The notes under the pieces: generated by a model
Seen by the model: the letters and a program-made list of their open reading frames with translations, nothing else
What the model was told of the DNA's origin: nothing
Database searches by the model: none
Shown: one piece after another, positions 9,018 through 18,412 of the stretch
Layout: every line of letters starts with the position of its first letter
Numbering within the stretch: the first letter of the stretch is position 1
Translations under genes and position numbers: made by a program
NCBI GenBank assembly: GCA_905198755.1
Contig: CAJKDR010000001.1
Coordinates: 1 to 45,061, forward strand
DNA from: an uncultured Clostridiaceae bacterium
Lineage (GTDB): Bacteria > Bacillota > Clostridia > TANB77 > CAG-508
DNA length: 45,061 nt
Reading direction: 5' to 3'

Positions 9018-11661
9018 ATCTTTGTTCATCATCTGTTGATGTCTTAGAAAATGTTGAGTTTACCTCTTCATAAGTATATAACTGATTATCATCTATTTCT
9101 TTTACTTGTTTCAATATGCTTTCTATCTGTTTATCAGTATACATTTTTCTTAACTCATCTATCACTCTTGTTGCTCTTTCATCACCTTTTTTATAATCTT
9201 TAAAATCTGATGATGCTCTTGTTTGAGCCACTCTATACAATACTGATACTGCCCAACTGCCGATTCTATGGTTTGATGTAAATACTATATTTTTCTTATC
9301 TTCCATCATTTCTTTTTTACTAAGATTACTATTTACCATTAAATCTTTATATTGAAAAAAATAAGTTGCATTTTCTGTTGCTAATTCATCTTCTAATTCT
9401 TTATCTTTATAAAACCTCTCTGCAATTACAACACTATTTGATTCTAGCTCTCCCCTCTCATTTGGTATTACAAAAAATTCATAATTATAAAATGCATTAT
9501 TAGAATCCTCTATTTCTGCCTTAGCTTGCATTGCTCCTAACCTTTTTAACAATTCTCTTCTTGCTTCTGGATGTATTATTTCTTTTATTTTTTTATTTTT
9601 TCCATAATGATAAGTTGAATCTATCTCTTTTTCATCAATAACATTCATTTTTATTTTTTCATCTGGTATATTATATAGTGTAGGTTCTAACTTTATCTTC
9701 GCATGTTTTTCTAGAACTTCTCTTGATCTTTTTTCTATCAATTCTAAATATTTATTTGGTGGTACTATTCCTTCTTTAAACATATCAGATAAAGTTTCAT
9801 CAAATATTCTTCCTTCCATATACATTTTTTCTATTGTTTCTTCACTTATATAGCCTAAAAATATATATGCTAATAGTTCTGCATATTCTGGTTTACTATC
9901 CAGTATTATTTTTTCTATTGTTTTCTGTTTTATAAATCCATTATTATACAAATCTTCAATATCTTGCATTTGTATAGTCGATTCTTGATATAGCTTTTCT
10001 ATCTCACTATCTCCTGCCCATTGTGCAACAGTTGATAATGTTATAAGTCCATTATTATAGTAAAACATTAAATCTTGATTGTCTTTATCAAAGTTTTCTG
10101 CTAGTTCATAAATTAAATCTTCTGATGCTTCTTCTAATTTTTCTTTTTCTTTTTCATCTAGGTTTAGAACTTTATATAATTCTATTTGTTTATTTAATTT
10201 ATTTTTTATATCTTCATTATCTTTTTCCTTTTTTGAATTGATATATAAGTTATTTATTGTTTGTAAGTTTATTTTAGAAGAAATCTTTGTTTCTTCTATG
10301 AATTCTTTAAAGAATTCTGCATTTACTTTTCCTAAATAGTATAATTCTATCACAGAATCTACTGTTATTTTATTTTCCTGATATAAATGTTTTGTTAATG
10401 TATCTGACCAATTGTTTCCTGATGTTTTTGCATGCTCTAATATCTCTTTTTCACCTAAGTTTAGTGCTACTACTCCGAATGCGTAATTTTCTTCACTTGT
10501 TTTCATAATTTGTTCAATTTCATCTTCAGTAATATTTATCATATTAATATATTTTATTTGTTCTTCTTCAAGTTCTCCTATATTTCCACCTTGTAAAATA
10601 AAATCTTTTATTTTTTCTACATCTTCTTTGCTTGTATATTCAAAAATTTCTTCATCAATTCTTCTAATTAGTGCTTCAACATCTGAATATGAATATGGAA
10701 ATTCTCCTTCTGTTATTTTAGTGTCTTTATTTAAGTATTTCATTACTTGATTAACAATTACATATATAGATTTAACATCATCTTTTGAAATTTCTCCATA
10801 TTTTTTTAACTCATCTTCTAATGTTTTCTCAAATCCTCTTACACTAATTAATAGTACTTTTTGTATATCTATATATTTGAGAACATCTCCTATTCCTTTT
10901 CGTATTTCTGGAATAATTGAGTTTTCTCTAATGTAATTATCAAGTTGTCTACTTTCATCATCATCATCTTGTTTTTTGCTTATTTTTTCTTTTAATTTTT
11001 CAATCTCTTTAGCACATGTTCTCTTGGTTTCATTTTCAACTTTATATTCTATTGCTCTTGCGATTTCTAAAGGCATTGCATCTTCTAAATCTTCAATTTC
11101 AAGAACTTGTAGTACATAATTCATGCCTATATTTTCTTCATCTTTAGCAGACATTGTTTCATTAATATCATCAAATATCTTTTTATTTTTCTTTTCTATA
11201 TTATTTAAATTAGCATTATTTATTATTTCTTCTGATGCTATTATTTCAGTACCTACTATTTTTCCTATTTTGTTTATATTAACTCTAACTAAATATATTT
11301 TCTTTCCTTTTATTACTTGCTTTATCGAATGCATATTTTGATTACATTCTATTATTTCTTTTTCTATTGTATTACCAGAAAAATATAATTTTTTATTCTT
11401 TAAGTCATTTTTCTTAGCTTCAAGTTCCTTTAATTGTTCATTATAGTTTAACCAACTAACAAATAAAAGTTTATCAATATCAATATCTTTTTCATTTTCG
11501 AATAATATTTGATTGATATCTTCACTTCTATTTTGTATTGCTTCAGATATTTTCTTTTCTAATTCCACATTAGTACAAAATCTATTAATATCAACTAATT
11601 TAAACTTAATATTTACTTTACTTAATATTTCATTGAAATTCAAATCTTTTAATTTGCTCAT
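9016..11661 (-). CDS. Large hypothetical protein (881 aa), acidic and Lys-rich, with degenerate short repeats
   Basis: Long ORF with SD AAGGAG, its own consensus promoter and its own terminator. I recognise no catalytic motif. Confidence 0.7.
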   Translation of the reverse strand: MSKLKDLNFNEILSKVNIKFKLVDINRFCTNVELEKKISEAIQNRSEDINQILFENEKDIDIDKLLFVSWLNYNEQLKELEAKKNDLKNKKLYFSGNTIEKEIIECNQNMHSIKQVIKGKKIYLVRVNINKIGKIVGTEIIASEEIINNANLNNIEKKNKKIFDDINETMSAKDEENIGMNYVLQVLEIEDLEDAMPLEIARAIEYKVENETKRTCAKEIEKLKEKISKKQDDDDESRQLDNYIRENSIIPEIRKGIGDVLKYIDIQKVLLISVRGFEKTLEDELKKYGEISKDDVKSIYVIVNQVMKYLNKDTKITEGEFPYSYSDVEALIRRIDEEIFEYTSKEDVEKIKDFILQGGNIGELEEEQIKYINMINITEDEIEQIMKTSEENYAFGVVALNLGEKEILEHAKTSGNNWSDTLTKHLYQENKITVDSVIELYYLGKVNAEFFKEFIEETKISSKINLQTINNLYINSKKEKDNEDIKNKLNKQIELYKVLNLDEKEKEKLEEASEDLIYELAENFDKDNQDLMFYYNNGLITLSTVAQWAGDSEIEKLYQESTIQMQDIEDLYNNGFIKQKTIEKIILDSKPEYAELLAYIFLGYISEETIEKMYMEGRIFDETLSDMFKEGIVPPNKYLELIEKRSREVLEKHAKIKLEPTLYNIPDEKIKMNVIDEKEIDSTYHYGKNKKIKEIIHPEARRELLKRLGAMQAKAEIEDSNNAFYNYEFFVIPNERGELESNSVVIAERFYKDKELEDELATENATYFFQYKDLMVNSNLSKKEMMEDKKNIVFTSNHRIGSWAVSVLYRVAQTRASSDFKDYKKGDERATRVIDELRKMYTDKQIESILKQVKEIDDNQLYTYEEVNSTFSKTSTDDEQR

Positions 11662-11691
11662 ATTAACTCCTTTATAAACAATGCTCTTTAT

Positions 11692-11720
11692 ATTATACTA
11701 TATTTTATGTTAATTGGCAA
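11692..11720 (-). promoter_or_regulatory. Sigma-70-type promoter for the 881-aa gene
   Basis: TTGCCA (11715-11720), a 17-nt spacer, then TATAAT (11692-11697), read on the minus strand. Confidence 0.65.
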
Positions 11721-11751
11721 ATTTATAAAATATTTTCTGATAATTGTTATA

Positions 11752-11778
11752 CAAAAATGCAGACATCTCTGTCTGCAT
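11752..11778 (-). terminator. Terminator of the ABC transporter operon
   Basis: ATGCAGACA-TCTC-TGTCTGCAT followed by TTTTT on the minus strand, just after the stop at 11782. Confidence 0.85.
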
Positions 11779-11781
11779 TTT

Positions 11782-14700
11782 TTACTCTATACTTTTTAAA
11801 CTGTCTATCATATCTATCTTTTTTAAGCTAAAATGAATTATCTTATTTACTAAGAATGTAAATATTGATGTTATAATAATTGAATATATATAACTTATAA
11901 ATGATATTTTTCTCCCAAATCTAAGCATTTCTATTTCGCATGTTGTTATTAGATATTTTGTTAATATAAATCCTAATACTAAACCTAGTGCTATTCCTAA
12001 AATTGTTAATATTATACTTTCTTTATTTATGTAATTATCTACTTCTTTGTCATAAAATCCTAATACTTTTAATGTTGCTATTTCACGCTTTCTTTCACTT
12101 ATATTTACATTGGCTAGATTGTATAATACCACAAACGCTAATAATGCTGCTGATACTATTAATATAATTACAATATAATCCAATAAACTAAGCATATTTT
12201 CTACCATTGTAATTAAACTACTAACTAAGTTTATTCCAGAAACTTCCTTATATGCCACAATTTGTTTTGTTAATTCTTCTGATTCTTCATCTGATAAGTT
12301 GTTTGTATTAACTAATATCATATTTGTTTTATATTTTTCTTTCATTCCTTTTTCATACAACTCTTTTGACATATAAACATAGTGATCAACATAGTTTTCA
12401 ACTATTCCATCCACTTTTAAATTGTATTCAATATCATTATTATCTGTTAATGTTACAATATCACCTTTTTTTACATTTAATATTTCTGCAACTTTATCTG
12501 TTATTATTATTCCATTTTCTGATAATTCTACTTTATTTTTTGTTTTTTTATCTATTAGATTTACAACCTTAATTATATCATCTTTGTTTTTTGGAACATT
12601 AATTTTTACATCTCTTTTTATATTATTCGATGATAATTTTCCTGTTTGCATATTTACTTCTACACTTTCTGTTATTCTATCATCTTTTTTTAATTTTTCT
12701 AGAAGCGTTTCTTCATTTTCGTCTGTATTCACTGTAACAGATATATCATATGTATTTACTCTTTCAAATTGGTTATGCACTATGTCTGTAATTGAATCTT
12801 TTAATCCAAATCCTGCTAAAATTAATGCTGTACATCCTGAAATTCCTATAATTGTCATTAAAACTCTTTTTTGGTATCTAAATAAGTTTCTGATTGTTAC
12901 TTTTTTAGAAAAGCTTAATCGATTCCATAAAAATGTTATTTTTTCTAATATTACTCTTTTCCCATTTTTAGGTGCTTTAGGTCTCATCAATACTGCTGGC
13001 ATATTTTTTAATTCTTTATAACTTACAACAAATGTTGCACCGCCTATACAGATAAATGCTATTACAATTCCTAATATTCCATATTCAACTTTTAATTTTG
13101 CATCAAAGCTTGGCAGATAATACAACAATGAATACATTATCCATATAATATTAGGAATTAGCTTAAGTCCTATAAACATTCCTATAGTGCCTCCTATTAT
13201 GCATGCCAACATTGAATATATTATATATTTAAAAACTATTTTTAAATTTGTATAACCTAATGCCTTTAAAGTTCCAATTTCAATTCTCTCCTCTTCTACC
13301 ATTCTAGTCATTGATGTTAAACTGATTAGTACTGCTATAACATAAAATAGTATTGGGAATATTTTAGATAAATTCACAATGCTAGTTACTGCTTGTGTAA
13401 CATTATTATATCCTGTATTATCTTTTCTATCTAATACATACCATTTAGCAACTTTTATCTTATCTATTTCTTTTTGACTATCGTCCAATTTATTCTGTGC
13501 ATCTGATATTTTATCATCAAATTCTTTTTTTGATTTTTCTAATTTTTCTTCTGATTCTTTTAATTTTTTCTCATTGCTTGAAATTGTTTTTTCCGCATTT
13601 GATATTTTATTCTGAGCTTGTTTAATCTTTTTATCTGCTTTATTCTGTTCTGTTTTTAATTTGTTTTCGCTGTCTTTTATCTTATTTTCTGCTTGTTGTA
13701 GCTCTTTTTCTGATTTTTCTATTTCATTTTTTGCATCTGTTAACTGTTTTTCAGTTTCTAACTTTTGTTTTTTTAATTGTCCAATTGTTTTATCTATTTG
13801 TGTTGTGTCTGCTCCAATATTTTGAAGATTTTCTTTTTGTTTTTCTAAATTAGATATATTATTTTCTAATTCTTTTATACCATTTTGTGTTTCTTGTTCC
13901 TTTGCATTATATTCTTTTTTGTATTTTTGTAGTTGTTCTTTTGATTCTAAAATTTTCTCTTTATTTTTATTTATTTCTTTTCTTGCATTATCAAACTTAC
14001 TTTTTGCTTCTTCTTTGCTATTATTTAATTGATTTTTGCTATTCTCTATTTCTTGTTTTGCTTTTTCTAATTCTTTCTTTCCATCTTCTATTTGTTTTTC
14101 TGCTTTTGAAATTTTATCTTCGCCTTTATTTTTTTCATCTTCAAACTCTTTTTTTGCATCATTTAATTTATCTGTTGCTTCTTCTATTAATTGATTGTAT
14201 CTTGCATTTTGTCTTTCCTCTTTAATTGTATTAATATTTTCTTTTGCTGTATTTATTAATTCATCATATTGTTTTGTGTCTGTTTGTATTGATTTTGCTC
14301 CTTTTACTTTTACTGCTATACTACTATAATAATCTGTGTTTATATTATCAAAAACATAAGAAATGCAATTTATACTTCCTGCACCTAACGTTGTTGTACC
14401 TTTGTCTGATGATATGTATAATGGACTTTGCATTATCCCTACTATTGTTAATTTATCATTATTAAAATTGTTTTCATCATCCTTTATAGTTAATGTATCG
14501 CCTACTTTGCATGTACCTGTATTACAAAAACGCTGATCTATTATACATTCAGAATTGTTTTCTGGCATTCTTCCTTCAACTATTACAGGTCTATTTACTT
14601 TCTCATTATAATCTATGAAATTCATTACAAATTCTTTATCTGCAATTGTAACTTCTGCATCTTTTTCTTTTATTCCATATGCTGTTTCTAATCCATCCGC

Positions 14701-14943
14701 ATTTTTTATTTGATCTATATCTTCATCTGTTAAACCTAATGTTGAAACTATACTAATATCATACATATCTGTTTCATCTAAATATTTGTCTAAACTTTCT
14801 TTCATATCTGGACCCGTTGCATATAATCCCGCAAAAAATCCAACACCCAATAATGCCATTACTAATATAGATACAAATCTTCTATGTGTATTTTTTATTT
14901 GCTTTATACTATTCTTAAATAAAACATTTTTCAAATTTTTCAC
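11782..14943 (-). CDS. FtsX/MacB-type ABC transporter permease with two FtsX domains and a long coiled-coil insert
   Basis: 1053 aa. Two four-TM FtsX-like blocks. About 280 aa of heptad-like K/E/Q-rich sequence in the first extracytoplasmic domain. The start is GTG at 14943, or TTG 9 nt downstream after GAGGTG. Confidence 0.85.
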   Translation of the reverse strand: MKNLKNVLFKNSIKQIKNTHRRFVSILVMALLGVGFFAGLYATGPDMKESLDKYLDETDMYDISIVSTLGLTDEDIDQIKNADGLETAYGIKEKDAEVTIADKEFVMNFIDYNEKVNRPVIVEGRMPENNSECIIDQRFCNTGTCKVGDTLTIKDDENNFNNDKLTIVGIMQSPLYISSDKGTTTLGAGSINCISYVFDNINTDYYSSIAVKVKGAKSIQTDTKQYDELINTAKENINTIKEERQNARYNQLIEEATDKLNDAKKEFEDEKNKGEDKISKAEKQIEDGKKELEKAKQEIENSKNQLNNSKEEAKSKFDNARKEINKNKEKILESKEQLQKYKKEYNAKEQETQNGIKELENNISNLEKQKENLQNIGADTTQIDKTIGQLKKQKLETEKQLTDAKNEIEKSEKELQQAENKIKDSENKLKTEQNKADKKIKQAQNKISNAEKTISSNEKKLKESEEKLEKSKKEFDDKISDAQNKLDDSQKEIDKIKVAKWYVLDRKDNTGYNNVTQAVTSIVNLSKIFPILFYVIAVLISLTSMTRMVEEERIEIGTLKALGYTNLKIVFKYIIYSMLACIIGGTIGMFIGLKLIPNIIWIMYSLLYYLPSFDAKLKVEYGILGIVIAFICIGGATFVVSYKELKNMPAVLMRPKAPKNGKRVILEKITFLWNRLSFSKKVTIRNLFRYQKRVLMTIIGISGCTALILAGFGLKDSITDIVHNQFERVNTYDISVTVNTDENEETLLEKLKKDDRITESVEVNMQTGKLSSNNIKRDVKINVPKNKDDIIKVVNLIDKKTKNKVELSENGIIITDKVAEILNVKKGDIVTLTDNNDIEYNLKVDGIVENYVDHYVYMSKELYEKGMKEKYKTNMILVNTNNLSDEESEELTKQIVAYKEVSGINLVSSLITMVENMLSLLDYIVIILIVSAALLAFVVLYNLANVNISERKREIATLKVLGFYDKEVDNYINKESIILTILGIALGLVLGFILTKYLITTCEIEMLRFGRKISFISYIYSIIITSIFTFLVNKIIHFSLKKIDMIDSLKSIE

Positions 14944-14946
14944 CTC

Positions 14947-15648
14947 TTACCATTCGATGTCTTCTATTGATTTAGGATTATTATTTATTTCTATTTTTTC
15001 TGCTGTACCATTTTTAAAATGTATTATTTTATCTGCCATTGGTGCTATTGCTGTATTATGTGTAATTATTACTACTGTCATATTTTCTTTTCTACATGTA
15101 TCTTGTAATAATTTTAAAATTTGCTTTCCTGTTTTATAATCCAAAGCTCCTGTTGGTTCATCACATAATAATAATTTAGGATTTTTAGCAATAGCTCTTG
15201 CTATTGCCACTCTTTGTTGTTCTCCTCCTGATAACTGTGATGGAAAATTATCTTTTCTTCCTGCTAAGCCTACTTTGTCTAAGATTTTCTCTGGATTTAA
15301 TGCATCTTTACATAGTTGGGTAGCAAGTTCTACATTTTCTTTTGCTGTTAAGTTTTGAACTAAATTATAAAATTGAAACACAAATCCTATATCTTCTCTT
15401 CTATATTTAATCAATTCTCTATTATTTAGATTTGTAATGTTTTTGCCATCAACAAGTACATTACCAGAAGTTAACCTATCCATTCCACCTAATATATTTA
15501 ATGTAGTAGTTTTTCCAGCCCCACTTGGTCCAACTATTACAACTAATTCTCCCTTATTTATCTCGAAATTAGTATTATCTAAGGCTTTTATTGTCACTTC
15601 TCCCATTTGGTATTCTTTTATAACATTTTCAAACTTAATATATGCCAT
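14947..15648 (-). CDS. ABC transporter ATP-binding protein (MacB/LolD-like)
   Basis: Walker [10 protein letters not shown], signature [14 protein letters not shown], Walker [15 protein letters not shown] precedes the ATG at 15648 (MAYIKFENV). Confidence 0.9.
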   Translation of the reverse strand: MAYIKFENVIKEYQMGEVTIKALDNTNFEINKGELVVIVGPSGAGKTTTLNILGGMDRLTSGNVLVDGKNITNLNNRELIKYRREDIGFVFQFYNLVQNLTAKENVELATQLCKDALNPEKILDKVGLAGRKDNFPSQLSGGEQQRVAIARAIAKNPKLLLCDEPTGALDYKTGKQILKLLQDTCRKENMTVVIITHNTAIAPMADKIIHFKNGTAEKIEINNNPKSIEDIEW

Positions 15649-15664
15649 TTTGCCCTCCATAAAA

Positions 15665-16075
15665 TTAATATTCTTCTACTTTCACAAAAATTTTTTCTTC
15701 AGTTCCATATTTTTTTTCGATCTCTAATTTAGTAATTTGATTATCATCTCTAAAAGCTAACTTGTTTAATGCATCCAAAATAATTTTTGCTATGTTATCT
15801 ATATCTGGTTTTTTTGTGGGACTAATTGCATTGTTTAACATATTTTCTTCCTGTTTCTTGCTAGTATTTTTTGGCACTGAAAAATATGCAGTAATATTTA
15901 TTTTTATTCTTCCTTCTAATGGATTAATCCTTCTATATTTTATAATAAAATATTGTTTTACCAGTTCTTCATATTCTTTCGTTTTTGCAGGTGTATATGC
16001 AATTGCAGTAGTTGTATTTACTCTTGGTCTACCTTTACCCGTTATCTTTCCCGGTACCTCAAATTCGTATATCAT
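15665..16075 (-). CDS. rusA: RusA-family Holliday junction resolvase
   Basis: 136 aa. GKGRPR near the N-terminus and acidic catalytic motifs KPDIDNIAKIILDALN and FRDDNQI. Confidence 0.8.
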   Translation of the reverse strand: MIYEFEVPGKITGKGRPRVNTTTAIAYTPAKTKEYEELVKQYFIIKYRRINPLEGRIKINITAYFSVPKNTSKKQEENMLNNAISPTKKPDIDNIAKIILDALNKLAFRDDNQITKLEIEKKYGTEEKIFVKVEEY

Positions 16076-16102
16076 AAAAAACCTCCGTTATCTTGTGTAA
16101 TG

Positions 16103-16111
16103 ATTATAACA
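16103..16111 (-). promoter_or_regulatory. Extended -10 promoter element upstream of rusA
   Basis: TGTTATAAT on the minus strand, about 25 nt upstream of the rusA SD. There is no good -35. Confidence 0.4.
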
Positions 16112-16121
16112 CTTTTTTTAA

Positions 16122-16152
16122 GAAAAAAAAAGATTGCTTTACGCAATCTTTT
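16122..16152 (-). terminator. Terminator after the 100-aa coiled-coil gene
   Basis: AAAAGATTGC-TTTAC-GCAATCTTTT, with a long T-tract on the minus strand. Confidence 0.8.
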
Positions 16153-16455
16153 CTAAGCTGGCACATTGCCATATAACTCCCTGAACATCTCTCCAATGTC
16201 TTCTAAATTATCATTTAACTTTTGGTTTAAATTTATATAATATATCATATTTTCTACACGTACTCTCTCAATTCTATGATCTATCTTTTCATTTAGATTT
16301 TCTTCTACTTTTTTTAGATTTATTTCTACTTTGTCTATTCTCTCATTTAATCTTTTTTCTACGTTATCTATTTTTTGATCTAGTTTTCCGATATCTTTTT
16401 TCATGTCTTTTTGTAATGATAATATTAAGCCTAATGTACTTTTAATTTCATCCAT
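16153..16455 (-). CDS. Small coiled-coil protein (100 aa), unknown function
   Basis: SD AAGGAG. Periodic KIDxVExxLNE-like repeats. Terminators on both sides. Confidence 0.6.
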   Translation of the reverse strand: MDEIKSTLGLILSLQKDMKKDIGKLDQKIDNVEKRLNERIDKVEINLKKVEENLNEKIDHRIERVRVENMIYYINLNQKLNDNLEDIGEMFRELYGNVPA

Positions 16456-16522
16456 ATTGGGAATCTCCTTTCTTTAAAAATATTAGCTCCCTTTACGGAT
16501 ATAATTCTAATATATATTTTAC

Positions 16523-16549
16523 AAAAAGTCAATGTGTTTTTGACTTTTT
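16523..16549 (-). terminator. Terminator after the yihY-like gene
   Basis: AAAAGTCAA...TTGACTTTT hairpin next to the stop at 16552. Confidence 0.6.
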
Positions 16550-16551
16550 GT

Positions 16552-17385
16552 TTACTTTTTCATCTTCTTTTTTCGACATTTTTCTGAAATCATTTTGTTT
16601 ATTGTAGCACCTAGTAAAATACTATACATACATGCATACACCCACATCATTGCTAATACTACTGTTGTCAAACTTCCATACATAACTGAAAAACCTGTAA
16701 ACACATTTACATATATGGAATAAAATACTGATACTAAAATACATGCAACAGATGCGAATATTGCTCCAGGTAGCTGATAAATCCACTTATAGTTATGTTT
16801 AGGTATAAATTTATATACTAATGTAAATACAACAAATAATAATATTCCACTTATTAAAATCTTACTTTTTAATATTACATTGATAACTGTACTAAAGATA
16901 TTAAATCTTTCTTGCAATATTAAATTTATACTATTTCCAAATACTAATAATAGAAGCATTAGTATAATTAAAATAATAAAAATAATTGTACAAACTGTTG
17001 CTCTTATTCTAAAATACATAAATTTATTTTGTTCTGTAACTTCATATGCAGCACTTAATCCTTTACACAATGCTAAAAATCCCTTTCCTGCTGACCACAA
17101 TACAAACAATGCTGATATTGTTATTGTTCCAACAGATTTTGAATATACTTCTTTAATTATTCCTAACACTGCATCATTTAATAAATTACTTGGAGCTAAT
17201 TTATCAATTACTTGAAATAAGCTTTGTTCATCTATTCCTACATATTTTGTAAGTGTTAATATTAACATTATAAATGGTATAAATGCCAATAATGTGAAAT
17301 ATGCACAATGAGCTGTATGTTCATCTATATTATTTTTATTTAATTTTTCTATTAATAACTTAGATATACTAATTATTTTTTTCAT
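16552..17385 (-). CDS. YihY/BrkB-family membrane protein
   Basis: 277 aa, polytopic. The N-terminal AHCAYFTLLAFIPFIMLIL signature is typical of the family. Confidence 0.8.
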   Translation of the reverse strand: MKKIISISKLLIEKLNKNNIDEHTAHCAYFTLLAFIPFIMLILTLTKYVGIDEQSLFQVIDKLAPSNLLNDAVLGIIKEVYSKSVGTITISALFVLWSAGKGFLALCKGLSAAYEVTEQNKFMYFRIRATVCTIIFIILIILMLLLLVFGNSINLILQERFNIFSTVINVILKSKILISGILLFVVFTLVYKFIPKHNYKWIYQLPGAIFASVACILVSVFYSIYVNVFTGFSVMYGSLTTVVLAMMWVYACMYSILLGATINKMISEKCRKKKMKK

Positions 17386-17632
17386 AACTTTTCTTTGCCT
17401 CTTCTAAAGCTATTGATAATTGGTCTGGGCATGATGTTGTTCTAAATCCACATGGTATTCCTTTTAGTCTTTTTATTGCTTCATCTATTTTCATTCCTTC
17501 TATTAGTCTTGATACTCCTACTGTATTTCCTGCACATCCTCCTATTATTTTTACGCTCTTGATAGTATCTCCTTCTAGTTCTATTATCATTTCTTGTGAG
17601 CATACTCCTTTTGGTTTAAATCTGTACTCCAT
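17369..17632 (-). CDS. TSCPD-domain protein (TIGR03905-like)
   Basis: 87 aa with GGCAGNTVGVSRL and TSCPDQL motifs. It overlaps the downstream yihY-like gene by 17 nt. Confidence 0.75.
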   Translation of the reverse strand: MEYRFKPKGVCSQEMIIELEGDTIKSVKIIGGCAGNTVGVSRLIEGMKIDEAIKRLKGIPCGFRTTSCPDQLSIALEEAKKSYEKNN

Positions 17633-17682
17633 TTTCTCTCCTCCTTTTATAACTTATTTAATACTTAATGTAACTTTATACC

Positions 17683-17704
17683 GGGCGGACAGAGTCGTCC
17701 GCCC
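17683..17704. repeat. GC-rich palindromic hairpin repeat, copy 1
   Basis: GGGCGGAC-AGAGTC-GTCCGCCC, identical over 22 nt to 27146-27167. Located between the mntP stop and the TSCPD start. Confidence 0.8.
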
Positions 17705-17755
17705 CTACAATCTAATCTTGTTTTATTTAAAAATAGTAAATATTAATTATGCGCA

Positions 17756-18316
17756 TCATAAATTTAATAAATGTTCTATTAAGATTTTAATTCCCAATCC
17801 AATTAATATAATTCCACCTGCAAGTTCTGCTTTTTTTTCATATTTGTCTCCAAATATATTTCCTATTTTTACGCCTATTACAGATATTATAAAAGTTATT
17901 ATTCCTATCAAACTTACTGCTAATGTAATATTAACTTCTAGAAATGCAAATGTTATTCCTATAGCTAATGCATCTATACTAGTAGCAATAGCTAATATTA
18001 ACATATCTTTTACTTTTATACTATCACTTGCTTCTTCTTTTTCTTTTGACATAGCTTCTCTTATCATATTTGCACCTATTCCAACTAGTAAAACAAAAGC
18101 TACCCAATGGTCTATACTTGTTATTGCACTTTGAAAACTAACTCCTAATAAATAACCTATTAGTGGCATTATAGCTTGAAATATTCCAAAGTATAATCCT
18201 ATTATTATAGCATTTTTCCATTTCATTTTTTTCATTGCTAATCCTTTACAAATTGATACTGCAAAGGCATCCATTGCTAATCCTACACTTAATATTATTA
18301 ATTCAACAAGTCCCAT
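17756..18316 (-). CDS. mntP: Manganese efflux pump MntP
   Basis: 186 aa, six TM helices, duplicated DUF204-type motifs [10 protein letters not shown] and [10 protein letters not shown]. Confidence 0.85.
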   Translation of the reverse strand: MGLVELIILSVGLAMDAFAVSICKGLAMKKMKWKNAIIIGLYFGIFQAIMPLIGYLLGVSFQSAITSIDHWVAFVLLVGIGANMIREAMSKEKEEASDSIKVKDMLILAIATSIDALAIGITFAFLEVNITLAVSLIGIITFIISVIGVKIGNIFGDKYEKKAELAGGIILIGLGIKILIEHLLNL

Positions 18317-18375
18317 TTTCTTCTCCTTGTATTATAATACTTTTTTATAAAAATTAAATATTTTTTTCTTTTTTT

Positions 18376-18410
18376 AAAAGAGGCAGATTAAAATAATCTG
18401 TCCTCTTTTA
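18376..18410 (-). terminator. Terminator after the CNNM-family gene
   Basis: AAAAGAGGCAGATTA/TAATCTGTCCTCTTTT stem with one bulge, then a T-run on the minus strand. Confidence 0.75.
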
Positions 18411-18412
18411 AT

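Noticed and set aside
17683-17704. The GC-rich hairpins considered as fragments of a tRNA or a small self-cleaving ribozyme.
   Set aside because: They are only a simple 8-bp stem with a 6-nt loop. No additional conserved junctions, pseudoknot partners or tRNA-like T-arm or anticodon features lie in the flanks.
18317-18412. A possible yybP-ykoY (Mn) riboswitch upstream of mntP.
   Set aside because: Only about 95 nt are available and most of that is the terminator of the upstream gene. I cannot find the conserved four-way-junction sequence blocks.
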